From: an uncultured Actinomycetes bacterium
GTDB taxonomy: Bacteria > Actinomycetota > Actinomycetes > S36-B12 > CAIYMF01
Direction of reading: 5' to 3'
Length of the DNA: 24,000 nucleotides
Assembly (NCBI GenBank): GCA_963700395.1
Contig: CAVOXI010000008.1
Span: forward strand, 100,626-124,625
Position numbers and translations under genes: made by a program. Each line of letters begins with the position of its first letter. The first letter of the stretch is position 1. Of this stretch, positions 1 through 10,532 are shown in pieces. Below the pieces are notes generated by a model, which was given only the letters and a program-made list of their open reading frames with translations, ran no database searches and was not told where the DNA came from.

Positions 1-1055
1 TCCACCACGTCACCGTCGTGCATGACGTACTCCTTGCCCTCGATGCGCACCTTGCCGCGGGACTTGGCCTCGGCCATCGAACCGGCATCGACGAGGTCGT
101 CGAACGACACGACCTCGGCCTTGATGAAGCCCTTCTGGAAGTCGGTGTGGATGACCCCGGCCGCCTCCGGCGCGGTTGCGCCCTTCGGGATCGTCCACGC
201 GCGCGACTCCTTCGGGCCGGCCGTCAGGTAGGACTGGAGGCCCAGCGTGTCGAACCCGACGCGGGCGAGCTGCGTCAGCCCGCTCTCCTCCTGGCCGATC
301 GACTGCAGCAGCTCGAGGGCCTCAGCCTCGTCGAGCTCGATGAGGTCGGCCTCGGTCTTGGCGTCGAGGAAGACGGCCTCGGCCGGAGCGATCAGGGAGG
401 CGAGGTCCGAGCGCATGGCATCGTCCGAGAGCTCGTCGGCGTCGACGTTGAAGACGTAGAGGAACGGCTTGGCGGTGAGCAGGAACAGCTCACGGAGCGG
501 CTCACGGTCCAGCCCTGCCGCGAACACCGTCCGACCGCTCTCGAGGACGGCCTTCGCCTCCTCCGCCGCGGCGAGGGTCGCGACCCGGTCCTTGTTCATC
601 CGGGCCTCCTTCTGCAGCCGCGGGATCGCCTTGTCCAGCGTCTGCATGTCGGCCAGGATCAGCTCGAGGTTGATCACCTCGATGTCGTCCTTCGGTGACA
701 CCCGACCGTCGACGTGGACCACATCCGGATCGGTGAACACCCGGATCACCTGGCAGATCGCGTCGGACTCGCGGATGTGCGACAGGAACTTGTTCCCCAG
801 CCCGGCGCCCTCGCTCGCGCCCTTGACGATCCCGGCGATGTCCACGAACGTGACCGTCGCCGGCAGGGTCCGAGCTGAGCCGAAGATGCCGGCCAGAACG
901 CCCAGGCGCGGGTCGGGGACGCCGACCACGCCAGTGTTCGGCTCGATGGTCGCGAACGGGTAGTTCGCCGCCAGGACGTTGTTGCGGGTCAGCGCGTTGA
1001 ACAGGGTGGACTTGCCGACGTTGGGCAGTCCGACGATGCCGATGGTGAGAGCCAC
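1..1055 (-). CDS. ychF: Redox-regulated ribosome-binding ATPase YchF (Obg-like), 3' end truncated by window edge by only a few codons
   Basis: Minus-strand translation from GTG at 1055 reads VALTIGIVGLPNVGKSTLFNALTRNNVLAANYPFATIEPNTGVVGVPD... (G1 P-loop GxPNVGKS) and ends at the edge with ..GKEYVMHDGDVV, the start of the C-terminal YchF signature. It is missing from the ORF track because its stop is off-window. Confidence 0.95.
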   Translation of the reverse strand, partial: MALTIGIVGLPNVGKSTLFNALTRNNVLAANYPFATIEPNTGVVGVPDPRLGVLAGIFGSARTLPATVTFVDIAGIVKGASEGAGLGNKFLSHIRESDAICQVIRVFTDPDVVHVDGRVSPKDDIEVINLELILADMQTLDKAIPRLQKEARMNKDRVATLAAAEEAKAVLESGRTVFAAGLDREPLRELFLLTAKPFLYVFNVDADELSDDAMRSDLASLIAPAEAVFLDAKTEADLIELDEAEALELLQSIGQEESGLTQLARVGFDTLGLQSYLTAGPKESRAWTIPKGATAPEAAGVIHTDFQKGFIKAEVVSFDDLVDAGSMAEAKSRGKVRIEGKEYVMHDGDVV

Positions 1056-1063
1056 AACGAACG

Positions 1064-1069
1064 ATTCTA
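1064..1069 (-). promoter_or_regulatory. Candidate leaderless -10 element (TAGAAT) for ychF
   Basis: On the minus strand TAGAAT is followed by 8 nt (CGTTCGTT) and the GTG start at 1055; no Shine-Dalgarno sequence between them. Confidence 0.5.
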
Positions 1070-1205
1070 CCGGCGTCCGCCGAGCCTCCCCGACGACTTC
1101 GGGCGGGGCGCGAATGACTCCTCGGCGCTCCGCTTCGCAGTTGTCCCCAACCTGCGTCGCATGCCTTGTGATGTCAGGGGAGTGGGGTACCGTTCTGGCA
1201 TGTGA

Positions 1206-1221
1206 TCGAACACGTGTTCGA
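1206..1221. promoter_or_regulatory. LexA/SOS box (TCGAACACGTGTTCGA)
   Basis: Perfect 16-bp palindrome matching the actinobacterial SOS box TCGAAC-N4-GTTCGA, 15 bp upstream of the GTG start at 1236. Confidence 0.8.
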
Positions 1222-1235
1222 GAGGGGGAGGATTC

Positions 1236-2621
1236 GTGCTCGAGTTGGTGCTGACGGTACGAGACAAATGCGGCCGGTCGATGGACCCCGCGGAGTTGGG
1301 GGTCGATGACCTGGTGGAGGCGATCCGGGCACGGCCGCCGAGTAACGGACCGAACGGGCGGACAGAGCGTGACCTGGACCTGGCCGCGTTCGGACCCGCG
1401 CTGATGTCCCTCGAGGCGGTGGAACAGGTCTCCCGACAGGTCGCCGCCCTGCGGACGGCCTGCGTGGCGGCCGTCGCCGACGAGACCCCCGGAGGATCGA
1501 CAACTGACCAGGTACTCGACGAGGTGTCCTGCTCCCTTGTCGTCTCACGCCGGTCCGCGGCCCATACCCGGGTCACCGCCGAGACCCTTCGCCACCAACC
1601 CGAGGTTTGGGCCGCTCTGTGTCGCGGGGACGTGGACCTGACCCGCGCACGCATCCTGGCCCACGCCCTGCTCGAGGTACCCCGAACAGACCCTGACGGC
1701 GTCCTTCGGGAGGACTACGAATCTGACTGCGCAACAGTGCTCGCCGACGGTCTGGCATACGCACAGGACCACACAGCCCGCCGTCTTGACCTGTTCCTTC
1801 AACGCCGCCTCCTTGCCCTGGGCTGCGCGGATCGGCCCCGGCGCCGCGCCCGGGCGCTGAGCGAGCGCGGAGTCTGGCTCAACCACCGCGGGGACGGCAC
1901 CGCCGACCTGGTCGCGAGACTGACCAGCGAGGACGCCGAACGGGTCTACTCCACCATCCGGGCCTGCGCTCTTGCCGACCGCAATGGAGATCCCGCGTAT
2001 GACGCCGCTGACCCCCGCGAACCCCTGGACCTCTGGCTCGCCTCCGCGCTCGTCGACCTGATCCTCCACCCCGGGTCCTGGCAGTGCGGAACCAACTCGA
2101 GCAGCGATTCGGGCCCTCATGAGGTCCAACGCCCTCGGCTGGACACGATCATCACGGTGACGATCCCCATCGACTCCCTGGCCGGCCTGTCAGACTCCCC
2201 CGGCGTCATCAACGGCTTCGGGGCGATTCCGGCCGAGGACGCCCGCCGTCTGGCCGCTGCGGACGCCCGGTGGCGACACGTCCTCACAAGCCGCACGACC
2301 GGCGCCGTGCTCGACGTGGGAACGCTGTCCTACCGCCCTCCGGCGGCCCTTGAGCGACACGTCCGGCTGCGTGACGGGACCTGCAGGTTCCCCGGCTGCC
2401 CGGTCCCAGCGGCCGAGTGCGACCTCGATCACCTCATCCCGTTCCCCTCGGGCGCAACGTCAGAGGAGAACCTCCATGCGCTCTGCCGACGCCACCACAA
2501 CCTGAAGCACGACGGCGGCTGGCGGGTCGAGGCCACACCGGGGAGTGGGCTGCGCTGGACAAGCCCGCAGGGCGCAACCACCACCACACACCCCGACGAC
2601 AACCACTCCCGCGTCGCTTGA
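1236..2621 (+). CDS. HNH endonuclease signature motif-containing protein, DUF222 / 13E12 repeat family
   Basis: 461 aa ORF, GTG start preceded by purine-rich AGAGGGGGAGGA. C-terminal HNH domain RHVRLRDGTCRFPGCPVPAAECDLDHLIPF...NLHALCRRHHNLKHDGGW. N-terminal DUF222-like helical region. Confidence 0.93.
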   Translation: MLELVLTVRDKCGRSMDPAELGVDDLVEAIRARPPSNGPNGRTERDLDLAAFGPALMSLEAVEQVSRQVAALRTACVAAVADETPGGSTTDQVLDEVSCSLVVSRRSAAHTRVTAETLRHQPEVWAALCRGDVDLTRARILAHALLEVPRTDPDGVLREDYESDCATVLADGLAYAQDHTARRLDLFLQRRLLALGCADRPRRRARALSERGVWLNHRGDGTADLVARLTSEDAERVYSTIRACALADRNGDPAYDAADPREPLDLWLASALVDLILHPGSWQCGTNSSSDSGPHEVQRPRLDTIITVTIPIDSLAGLSDSPGVINGFGAIPAEDARRLAAADARWRHVLTSRTTGAVLDVGTLSYRPPAALERHVRLRDGTCRFPGCPVPAAECDLDHLIPFPSGATSEENLHALCRRHHNLKHDGGWRVEATPGSGLRWTSPQGATTTTHPDDNHSRVA

Positions 2622-2699
2622 GGAACCGAGCCAGGAACTTCCCGAGGGCGCAGGGCGACTATCGCCCTCCATGTCAGTCCCCCCCGATAGGAATGGTCC

Positions 2700-4034
2700 A
2701 TGGATAGGACGATGTTGTGGAGCGTGGCCCTCCTCTCGCTGGCTCTGGCGCTCGGGTGGCTGCTGCGCGGGCTTGTGGACCGTCCACGTCAAGCGGCGGA
2801 ACGCGCCGTCTCTGGGGAGCGGGTGGCGCGCCTGGAAGCAGAGCTCACCGCTGCCCGAACGACAGCCGAGTCCCAAGCCCGGACACCGGAGCAGGTGGCC
2901 CAGGTGATGGCACCGGTCCAGACCGCGCTGGGCCGCCTCGAGGAGGCCGTGGCCCGAGCGGAGGGTGGACGTGCCACCTCCACTGCCCAGCTGGCTGAGC
3001 AGATGAGGGCCGTGGCCCAGGCCACGAGTGTGTCCACCGATGGGCTGCGGCGCGAGACCGCCCGGCTGGTGGGGGCCCTGGGGCACAGTGAGGTGCGCGG
3101 GCGCTGGGGGGAGTTCCAGCTGCGGCGGCTGCTCGAGTCCTCTGGCCTGGTGCGAGACGTGCACTTCACCGAGCAGCAGAGCGTCTCCACCGACGCCGGC
3201 CTGCTCCGCCCCGATGTCGTGCTGCACCTCGGCGAGGACAAGACCGTCGTGGTGGACGCGAAGGTGTCGCTACGGGCCATCCTCGGCATCCAGGCTGGTG
3301 ACCCGCAGGACGAGGTCGCCGCGGCGCGGGCCCAACACGCTCGGGAGGTGCGCAACCACGTCGACCGGTTGGCGAGCAAGGAGTACGCCCGGCAGTTCGA
3401 CACCGCGCCGGAGTTCGTCGTCATGTTCCTGCCCGCGGAGTCCCTGCTGGCCGAGGCCCTGGCCTGCGACCCAACCCTGCTCGAGCATGCCTTCGGCCGC
3501 AACGTCGTCCTGGCAACTCCGACCACCTTGATGGCACTGACCCGAACCGTCGGCCATATCTGGCGCCAGGATGCCCTGGCTGCCAATGCCAAGGAGGTCC
3601 AGGCCCTGGGCCGGGAGATGGCCGAGCGCCTTGCGACCATGCTTGGACACCTCGACAAGCTGGGTTCGTCCCTGGGCGCCGGCGTCACCGCCTACAACAG
3701 GGCCATCGCGTCGCTTGAGTCCCGGGTGCTCGTGACCGGTCGGCGGTTCACCGAGCTGCAGGGCCTGCCGATCCCGCTGGAGTCACCTCGGCAGGTGGAT
3801 CAGCAGCCACGAAGCCTGGCAGCCCGGGCAGCCGACGAGGACCAGCCCACCCAGGACCAGCCGGCCCAGGTATTGGCCGAACAGGCCACATCCGTCCATC
3901 CGGACGAACTCGACCTCGCCGCCAACCTCCTGGACCGGCCGCACCCGGGCGACTCAGGGTCACTCGACCCCCTCGAGCGGCAGGCGCTGGACGCGGGTGG
4001 ATCACCGCAGGAGTCCACGACGGCCGTCGCATAG
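2700..4034 (+). CDS. rmuC: DNA recombination protein RmuC homolog
   Basis: 444 aa: N-terminal TM segment, coiled-coil, then RmuC core GRWGEFQLRRLLESSGLVRDVHF...LRPDVVLHLGEDKTVVVDAKVSL...FVVMFLPAESLLAEAL...VVLATPTTLMALTRTVGHIWRQ. Confidence 0.92.
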   Translation: MDRTMLWSVALLSLALALGWLLRGLVDRPRQAAERAVSGERVARLEAELTAARTTAESQARTPEQVAQVMAPVQTALGRLEEAVARAEGGRATSTAQLAEQMRAVAQATSVSTDGLRRETARLVGALGHSEVRGRWGEFQLRRLLESSGLVRDVHFTEQQSVSTDAGLLRPDVVLHLGEDKTVVVDAKVSLRAILGIQAGDPQDEVAAARAQHAREVRNHVDRLASKEYARQFDTAPEFVVMFLPAESLLAEALACDPTLLEHAFGRNVVLATPTTLMALTRTVGHIWRQDALAANAKEVQALGREMAERLATMLGHLDKLGSSLGAGVTAYNRAIASLESRVLVTGRRFTELQGLPIPLESPRQVDQQPRSLAARAADEDQPTQDQPAQVLAEQATSVHPDELDLAANLLDRPHPGDSGSLDPLERQALDAGGSPQESTTAVA

Positions 4035-4066
4035 TCCTCGACTACCAGCGGGCTACCATTCGGCTC

Positions 4067-4549
4067 GTGACCCTCCCCTCACCCGGACCCGGCAATGCCG
4101 GGTGGGGAGGTTCCGGAACTCCCACCGACGGGCCCATGCGGCCACAGGCAGTCGCACCGCCCACCGACACTGGACGAGGATTCCCTGGCGGTCGGGTGGT
4201 GGCCGTCGCCACGCTCGCGGTGATCGCCGTGGCGATCATCGAGGCCGCATTGCGCGACCGCGTCGGTCCGTGGACGGGCGCGACCCTCGTGGTGGTGGCG
4301 ATCGTCGCCCCACTGGTGACGCGCGCCGGGGATCGTTCGCTGCCCGCGATGATGCCTCCCCTGGCGTTCCTCGTGGCAGTGCTGATCGCCGGGCAACTGC
4401 TCGTGGCCAGGACGGGGGCGGGCAACTTCGACCGCGTCTCCGAGGCCGTGATGATCGCCCAGAACCTCGGACCCAACGCGGTCTGGGTGGTCGCGGCGAC
4501 GATCCTGTCGGTCACGGTTGCGACCATCCGGCACTTCACCGACCGCTGA
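4067..4549 (+). CDS. Small integral membrane protein (DUF6542-like)
   Basis: 160 aa with proline-rich N-terminus and about four hydrophobic segments (VVAVATLAVIAVAIIEAAL, WTGATLVVVAIVAPLV, MMPPLAFLVAVLIAGQLLVA, AVWVVAATILSVTVATI). Position between rmuC and ispH fits. Confidence 0.7.
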   Translation: MTLPSPGPGNAGWGGSGTPTDGPMRPQAVAPPTDTGRGFPGGRVVAVATLAVIAVAIIEAALRDRVGPWTGATLVVVAIVAPLVTRAGDRSLPAMMPPLAFLVAVLIAGQLLVARTGAGNFDRVSEAVMIAQNLGPNAVWVVAATILSVTVATIRHFTDR

Positions 4550-4567
4550 GGTCCCCCGACCGCGCCA

Positions 4568-5533
4568 CTACTGCTTCCCGGCCGCCTTCAACTCGCGGCG
4601 AAGCTCCTGGGGCAGCGCGAAGACCATGTGCTCCTCGACGGCGTCCACGTCCTCGACGTCATCGAAGCCGAGCTCGGCGAGTCGGACGAGCACATCACGT
4701 ACCAGGATCTCCGGGACCGACGCTCCGCTGGTGACCCCCACGGTGGCGGCACCATCGAACCAGGCCGCCTCCAGTTCGGTTGCCTGATCGACGCGGTACC
4801 CCGACTTCGCGCCGTGCTGCAGCCCGACCTCGAGCAGCCGCACGGAGTTCGAGGAGTTGGCCGACCCGACCACGATGAGCACGTCGCTGCGCGGGGCCAC
4901 CTTCTTCACCGCAGTCTGGCGGTTCTGGGTGGCGTAGCAGATGTCATCGCTGGGCGGGCTGACCAGCGCGGGAAGGCGCTCGCGCAGCGCACCCACAGTC
5001 TCCATGGTCTCGTCCACCGAGAGCGTCGTCTGCGACAGCCAGACCACCTTCTCGTCCGCGGCGAGGTCGAGGTCGGCGACTGATTCCGGACCGGAGACCA
5101 GTGTCATGGCCCCGGGCGCCTCGCCCATGGTGCCCTCGACCTCCTCATGGCCCTCGTGGCCGATGAGCAGGATCCGATAGCCCTCGTCGGCGAAGCGACG
5201 AGCCTCGTTGTGCACCTTGGTGACCAGCGGGCAGGTCGCATCGATGGTGCGCAGGCCGCGCTCGGCGGCCTCCTCGTGGACTGACGGCGCCACGCCGTGA
5301 GCGCTGAAGACCACGGTCGCGCCCTCGGGGACGTCGTCGGTCTCCGTCACGAAGACGGCCCCACGCGCCGCCAGGGAGTCCACCACGTAGCGGTTGTGGA
5401 CGATCTCCTTGCGCACGTAGACCGGCGCGCCGTAGAGGTCGAGGGCCTTCTCGACGGCGACCACGGCACGGTCAACGCCGGCGCAGTAGCCGCGTGGCGC
5501 GGCGAGCAGGACCTTGCGACCCGGTTCAGACAT
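4568..5533 (-). CDS. ispH: 4-hydroxy-3-methylbut-2-enyl diphosphate reductase (LytB)
   Basis: [31 protein letters not shown]...[12 protein letters not shown]...VFSAHGVAP...[11 protein letters not shown]...[14 protein letters not shown]...[12 protein letters not shown]...[13 protein letters not shown]...[12 protein letters not shown]. The ORF extends to 5596, but the start at 5533 fits the family. Confidence 0.96.
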   Translation of the reverse strand: MSEPGRKVLLAAPRGYCAGVDRAVVAVEKALDLYGAPVYVRKEIVHNRYVVDSLAARGAVFVTETDDVPEGATVVFSAHGVAPSVHEEAAERGLRTIDATCPLVTKVHNEARRFADEGYRILLIGHEGHEEVEGTMGEAPGAMTLVSGPESVADLDLAADEKVVWLSQTTLSVDETMETVGALRERLPALVSPPSDDICYATQNRQTAVKKVAPRSDVLIVVGSANSSNSVRLLEVGLQHGAKSGYRVDQATELEAAWFDGAATVGVTSGASVPEILVRDVLVRLAELGFDDVEDVDAVEEHMVFALPQELRRELKAAGKQ

Positions 5534-5588
5534 GCCTCCATGGTAGGGCGGTCCGGCGATGTCCGCCCCCTGTCGTACTCTCGCGACC

Positions 5589-6848
5589 ATGGCCACAGCC
5601 CCCCAGACGAGCCCACCGGGCGCCGCACCCGTGGACGGCTCCGCCCCCGAGCGCGCATGGCCGGTCCGCGAGATCTCGGTGAAGCTGCGCGACTACATCG
5701 CCCGGCTGAACCGCGTCTGGATCGAGGGCCAGGTCGTGGAGGTCAGTCGCCGCAGCGGCTCACAGGTGTACCTGACCATCCGCGATGTCGACGTCGACGC
5801 CTCCGTGTCGGTCGTCATCCCCGGCGGCCTCGACCGCGCCATGAACCCCCCGCTGACCGCGGGTCAACGCGTCCTCCTGCACGTCCAGTGCGAGTACTGG
5901 GTCCGCAACGGTCGCCTCATGCTGCGCGCCAGCGAGATCCGCCCGGTCGGCATCGGCGAGCTCCTGGCCACCCTGGAGCGTCGCAAGCAGCAACTGGCTG
6001 CCGAGGGCCTGTTCGCCCCCGAGCTCAAGCGCCGCCTGCCCCTGCTCCCCCGCAGGATCGGACTCATCACCGGAGCCAACGCCCAGGCGATGCACGACGT
6101 GATCACCAACGCCCGTCTCAGGTGGCCGGCCGCGCAGTTCGAGGTCCGGGAGGGCGCGGTGCAGGGCGCGTCAGCGGTGAGCACGATGATCCGCAGCCTC
6201 GCCGAGCTCGACGCCGACGAGTCCGTGGAGGTCATCGTGTTCGCCCGCGGCGGCGGCAGCCTCGAGGACCTGCTGCCGTTCAGCGACGAGTCGCTGATCC
6301 GCGCGGTGGCTGCCGTCCGGACCCCCGTCGTCAGCGCGATCGGCCACGAGCAGGACGCCCCCCTGCTCGACCTCGTCGCCGACCTGCGGGCCTCGACCCC
6401 CACGGATGCCGGCAAGCGGATCGTCCCCGAGTGGGCGGAGGAGTCCCGGCGCATCTCCGATCGGCGGGCCAGTCTCGACCGGACGATGCTGACCCGCCTG
6501 GAGCAGGCCGCCACGTGGTTGGAGCAGACGCGCAGCCGACCTGCCATGGCCGACCCCGCCGGGTTGCTGCCCCGGCTGTCGGCGGAGGTGCACACCGCCC
6601 GCCAGCGCGCATTCCGGGCCGTGGAGCAGCGGATCGGCACCCAGGAGCGTGACCTCGCCCACCTGCGCGCGCGGGCGCGGGCGCTGTCCCCGCTGGCCAC
6701 CCTCGACCGCGGCTACGCGGTGGTGGTCGGCCCGAACGGCGACTTCATCCGCGCCGCCGACCAGCTCCATCCCGGCGACGGCGTGCGGGTGCGCGTCGCC
6801 ACCGGTCACTTCCGGGCCGACGTCACCGACGTAGCATCGGCATCATGA
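5589..6848 (+). CDS. xseA: Exodeoxyribonuclease VII large subunit
   Basis: [43 protein letters not shown]...[16 protein letters not shown]...[26 protein letters not shown]...[29 protein letters not shown] opens at 5559; the ATG at 5589 is the likely start. Confidence 0.95.
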   Translation: MATAPQTSPPGAAPVDGSAPERAWPVREISVKLRDYIARLNRVWIEGQVVEVSRRSGSQVYLTIRDVDVDASVSVVIPGGLDRAMNPPLTAGQRVLLHVQCEYWVRNGRLMLRASEIRPVGIGELLATLERRKQQLAAEGLFAPELKRRLPLLPRRIGLITGANAQAMHDVITNARLRWPAAQFEVREGAVQGASAVSTMIRSLAELDADESVEVIVFARGGGSLEDLLPFSDESLIRAVAAVRTPVVSAIGHEQDAPLLDLVADLRASTPTDAGKRIVPEWAEESRRISDRRASLDRTMLTRLEQAATWLEQTRSRPAMADPAGLLPRLSAEVHTARQRAFRAVEQRIGTQERDLAHLRARARALSPLATLDRGYAVVVGPNGDFIRAADQLHPGDGVRVRVATGHFRADVTDVASAS

Positions 6849-7375
6849 CTGAGCCCACCGCGCCCCTGCCGGGCGGGAACCCCGAGGACCTCGCCAACCT
6901 CAGCTACGAGCAGGCTCGCACCGCCCTCGACCAGGTCGTGGCCGCGCTCGAGTCCAGCACCGTCAACCTCGAGATGTCACTGGCGCTGTGGGAGCGCGGC
7001 ACCGCACTGGCCGACATCTGCCAGGCGCACCTCGACGGGGCCCGGGAGCGCATCGAGGCGGCGAGGCCGGGCCTGACGGCCGAGGGCCCGGCCAGCAGTA
7101 GGGCCCGGGAACGTGGGGCTGGCGCATCCATGAACCGGCGCCGAGCGACCGGCAGACCATCGGCCGTCGGCCGCAAAGCAGTCGACCGGCGCCGGCGAAG
7201 CAGTCCTCAGCGCTCGACAGCCGCCAGCTGTGCCGGCCAGGGTCTCGAGCTCCGCCCACTCGCGCCGAGCCTGTCACGATCGTGGCCGTGCCGTCCTCGA
7301 CCAGCACCAGCGACCGGCGGTCATCGGGGGTGGGGTCGCCCTCCATCCGGGTCCACTCGCGCCCCCCGATGGTGA
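6845..7375 (+). CDS. xseB: Exodeoxyribonuclease VII small subunit; true protein is probably only about 80-90 aa (to about 7100)
   Basis: ATGA overlap with xseA. LANLSYEQARTALDQVVAALESSTVNLEMSLALWERGTALADICQAHLDGARERIE is the XseB signature. The C-terminal ~90 aa is compositionally spurious and antisense to DUF4245; a TAG in another frame near 7099 (GGCCAGCAGTAG) suggests an upstream indel removed the real stop. Confidence 0.85.
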   Translation: MTEPTAPLPGGNPEDLANLSYEQARTALDQVVAALESSTVNLEMSLALWERGTALADICQAHLDGARERIEAARPGLTAEGPASSRARERGAGASMNRRRATGRPSAVGRKAVDRRRRSSPQRSTAASCAGQGLELRPLAPSLSRSWPCRPRPAPATGGHRGWGRPPSGSTRAPRW

Positions 7376-7784
7376 CCGTCCCCTCAGCGACACCGTCGCG
7401 CGTCTCGGACTCGATCCAGTCCGTCTGCGCCGCGATCGCCTGCTTCGGGAACTGACCGCGCTGCAGGACGGCGGCGTACTCCTCGGCCGGGGTGTAGAAC
7501 CCGGCCCGCCAGCCCAGCGTGCCGTCCGCCTCCGGCTCCACGCGCGCGCTGGTCGCGGGCCACGGGAACGTCACCGGCGGCGCGAGGACCTCGTAGGACG
7601 CGGCTGTGGCGGCTGACTGGGCGACAGGCGCCCATTCGACCTCGCGGATCGCCTCCGAGCTGCGCGGGTGCGCGAAGTACATCCAGATCAGCAGCACGAT
7701 CGCCACGAGGCCCAGGGAGCGGACCATGTCCGTGCCGACCTGGCGTCCGCGCGACGGCGCCCGACCGACGGTCTGCTCTCCCAT
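6963..7784 (-). CDS. DUF4245 domain-containing membrane-anchored/secreted protein; C-terminal part likely frameshifted, real gene about 7180-7784
   Basis: N-terminal TM (MVRSLGLVAIVLLIWMYFAHP), then YEVLAPPVTFPWPATSARVEPEADGTLGWRAGFYTP...EYAAVLQR...IGGREWTRMEGD...RRSLVLVEDGTATIVTGSA. After that the family-like continuation EWAELETLAG is found in a different frame. Confidence 0.75.
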   Translation of the reverse strand: MGEQTVGRAPSRGRQVGTDMVRSLGLVAIVLLIWMYFAHPRSSEAIREVEWAPVAQSAATAASYEVLAPPVTFPWPATSARVEPEADGTLGWRAGFYTPAEEYAAVLQRGQFPKQAIAAQTDWIESETRDGVAEGTVTIGGREWTRMEGDPTPDDRRSLVLVEDGTATIVTGSARVGGARDPGRHSWRLSSAEDCFAGAGRLLCGRRPMVCRSLGAGSWMRQPHVPGPYCWPGPRPSGPASPPRCAPGPRRGAPGRCRPVRCRAPTAPVTSRG

Positions 7785-7856
7785 GGGGACGATGGTGGAC
7801 CATCAGGGGGCGGTCCGCACAATCTGCCCCCGCCACCCGCCCTATCCGCCTCGGAC

Positions 7857-7862
7857 TAGGCT
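7857..7862 (+). promoter_or_regulatory. Candidate leaderless -10 element (TAGGCT) for fumarase gene
   Basis: TANNNT hexamer with exactly 6 nt to the ATG at 7869; no Shine-Dalgarno sequence. Typical actinobacterial leaderless layout. Confidence 0.45.
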
Positions 7863-7868
7863 CGATCC

Positions 7869-9529
<1,661 letters not shown>

Positions 9530-9533
<4 letters not shown>

Positions 9534-10324
9534 TACCAGTGGTGTGATCGCCAGAACGACCACGCCTGGCAGGGCGAACCGTAGCGACCCTTGATGTACT
9601 TGGCGCCGACCCGGATCTGGATCGCGGGGCTGTGCATGTACTGCGAGGTGGAGTAGCCGGCGCGGCGCCACACGGCCGAGGAGGTCTGCGGGATGCCGTG
9701 GTAGCGACCATTCGGGTTGCTCGCCCAGTACCGCCAGCCGCTCTCCCTGGTCCACAGGCTCGACAGGCAGGACATCTGCCCCGAGCCCCACCCGTAGGTG
9801 CGCGAGATGTACGCCGCGGCGAAGCGCTTGCTCGCCGCCGGGGCGCCCGCCCGGGGCAGGCCACGCGAGGAGGACTTCGCTGCGCGCGCCCGCGCCTTCG
9901 CCACCTTCTTGACCGCCTTGAGCGTCCGTGCGGTCACGACGCCGGTGGCCTTGACCCCCGCGGAGCGCTGGGCCTTCTTCACGGCCTTGCGCGTCCTCGT
10001 GTCGAAGGTCGCGGTCTGCTTGACCTTCAGGAGCTTCTGCAGCGCCTGGACGTCGGGACCCGTGTCGCCGAGGCGGATGACCCGGTCACCGAGGGCGAAC
10101 ACCGCGGGGACAGCGGCGGGGACGTCCGTCGGCGCCGGCACAGCAATCGGGGCCGGCTCAGCCGTGGCCACCGGCGGGGCAACCTCGTCGGCACGTGCTG
10201 GCGAGCCCGCCAGCGCCGGCAGTCCCACGATCAACAGGGCAGCGACAAGGACGGCCAGGAGGCGAGGCGCGGGCATCGACGACGGTCCAGCGGGGGCAGC
10301 CTGCACGGGGCGTGAAGTGCTCAT
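9530..10324 (-). CDS. Secreted peptidoglycan-binding domain plus lytic transglycosylase/Rpf-like fold protein
   Basis: Signal peptide ([45 protein letters not shown]), PG_binding_1-like repeat ([41 protein letters not shown]..), then C-terminal lysozyme-like segment ([40 protein letters not shown]...[23 protein letters not shown]). ORF opens at 10408, but the ATG at 10324 gives a proper signal peptide. Confidence 0.85.
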
Positions 10325-10393
10325 GAACACCGGAGCGTGCCATCCGCACCCCCGTCGATTCCAACCAGGATTAATGGCGAGAACGCTCTCTGG

Positions 10394-10409
10394 CGTGACC
10401 TGCATCACG
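10394..10409. promoter_or_regulatory. CRP/GlxR-like binding site CGTGACCTGCATCACG
   Basis: GTGA-N6-TCAC inverted repeat, 69 bp upstream of the start codon at 10324. Confidence 0.6.
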
Positions 10410-10435
10410 TTCGTGCACGGATAATCCGGTCATTC

Positions 10436-10451
10436 CATGAAATGCATCACA
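10436..10451. promoter_or_regulatory. Second, weaker CRP/GlxR-like site CATGAAATGCATCACA
   Basis: One perfect TCACA half-site and one degenerate half-site (CATGA), N6 spacing, centre 42 bp from the first site. Confidence 0.45.
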
Positions 10452-10532
10452 CTGGTTGCAGCTTCAGATGTGAGGTATGCCACAGCCGGGACCTAGGTCA
10501 TGAACCGGGCGACTGCGGACCAAATGACCGTC

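Noticed and set aside
1236-2621. HNH nuclease gene as part of a mobile element, group II/homing intron or a new defence island
   Set aside because: No flanking repeats, integrase, methyltransferase, reverse transcriptase or partner genes; neighbours are core housekeeping genes and the DUF222-HNH family is dispersed and multicopy in Actinobacteria.
5297-6652. 451-aa plus-strand ORF overlapping ispH antisense and xseA in another frame
   Set aside because: Arg/Pro-rich shadow translation over two well-supported genes.
10325-10532. Possible c-di-AMP (ydaO/yuaA) riboswitch upstream of the cell-wall hydrolase-like gene
   Set aside because: These riboswitches often precede Rpf/NlpC genes, but I could not find the conserved core motifs in the minus-strand sequence; CRP-like dyads explain the region better. 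A covariance-model search would settle it.
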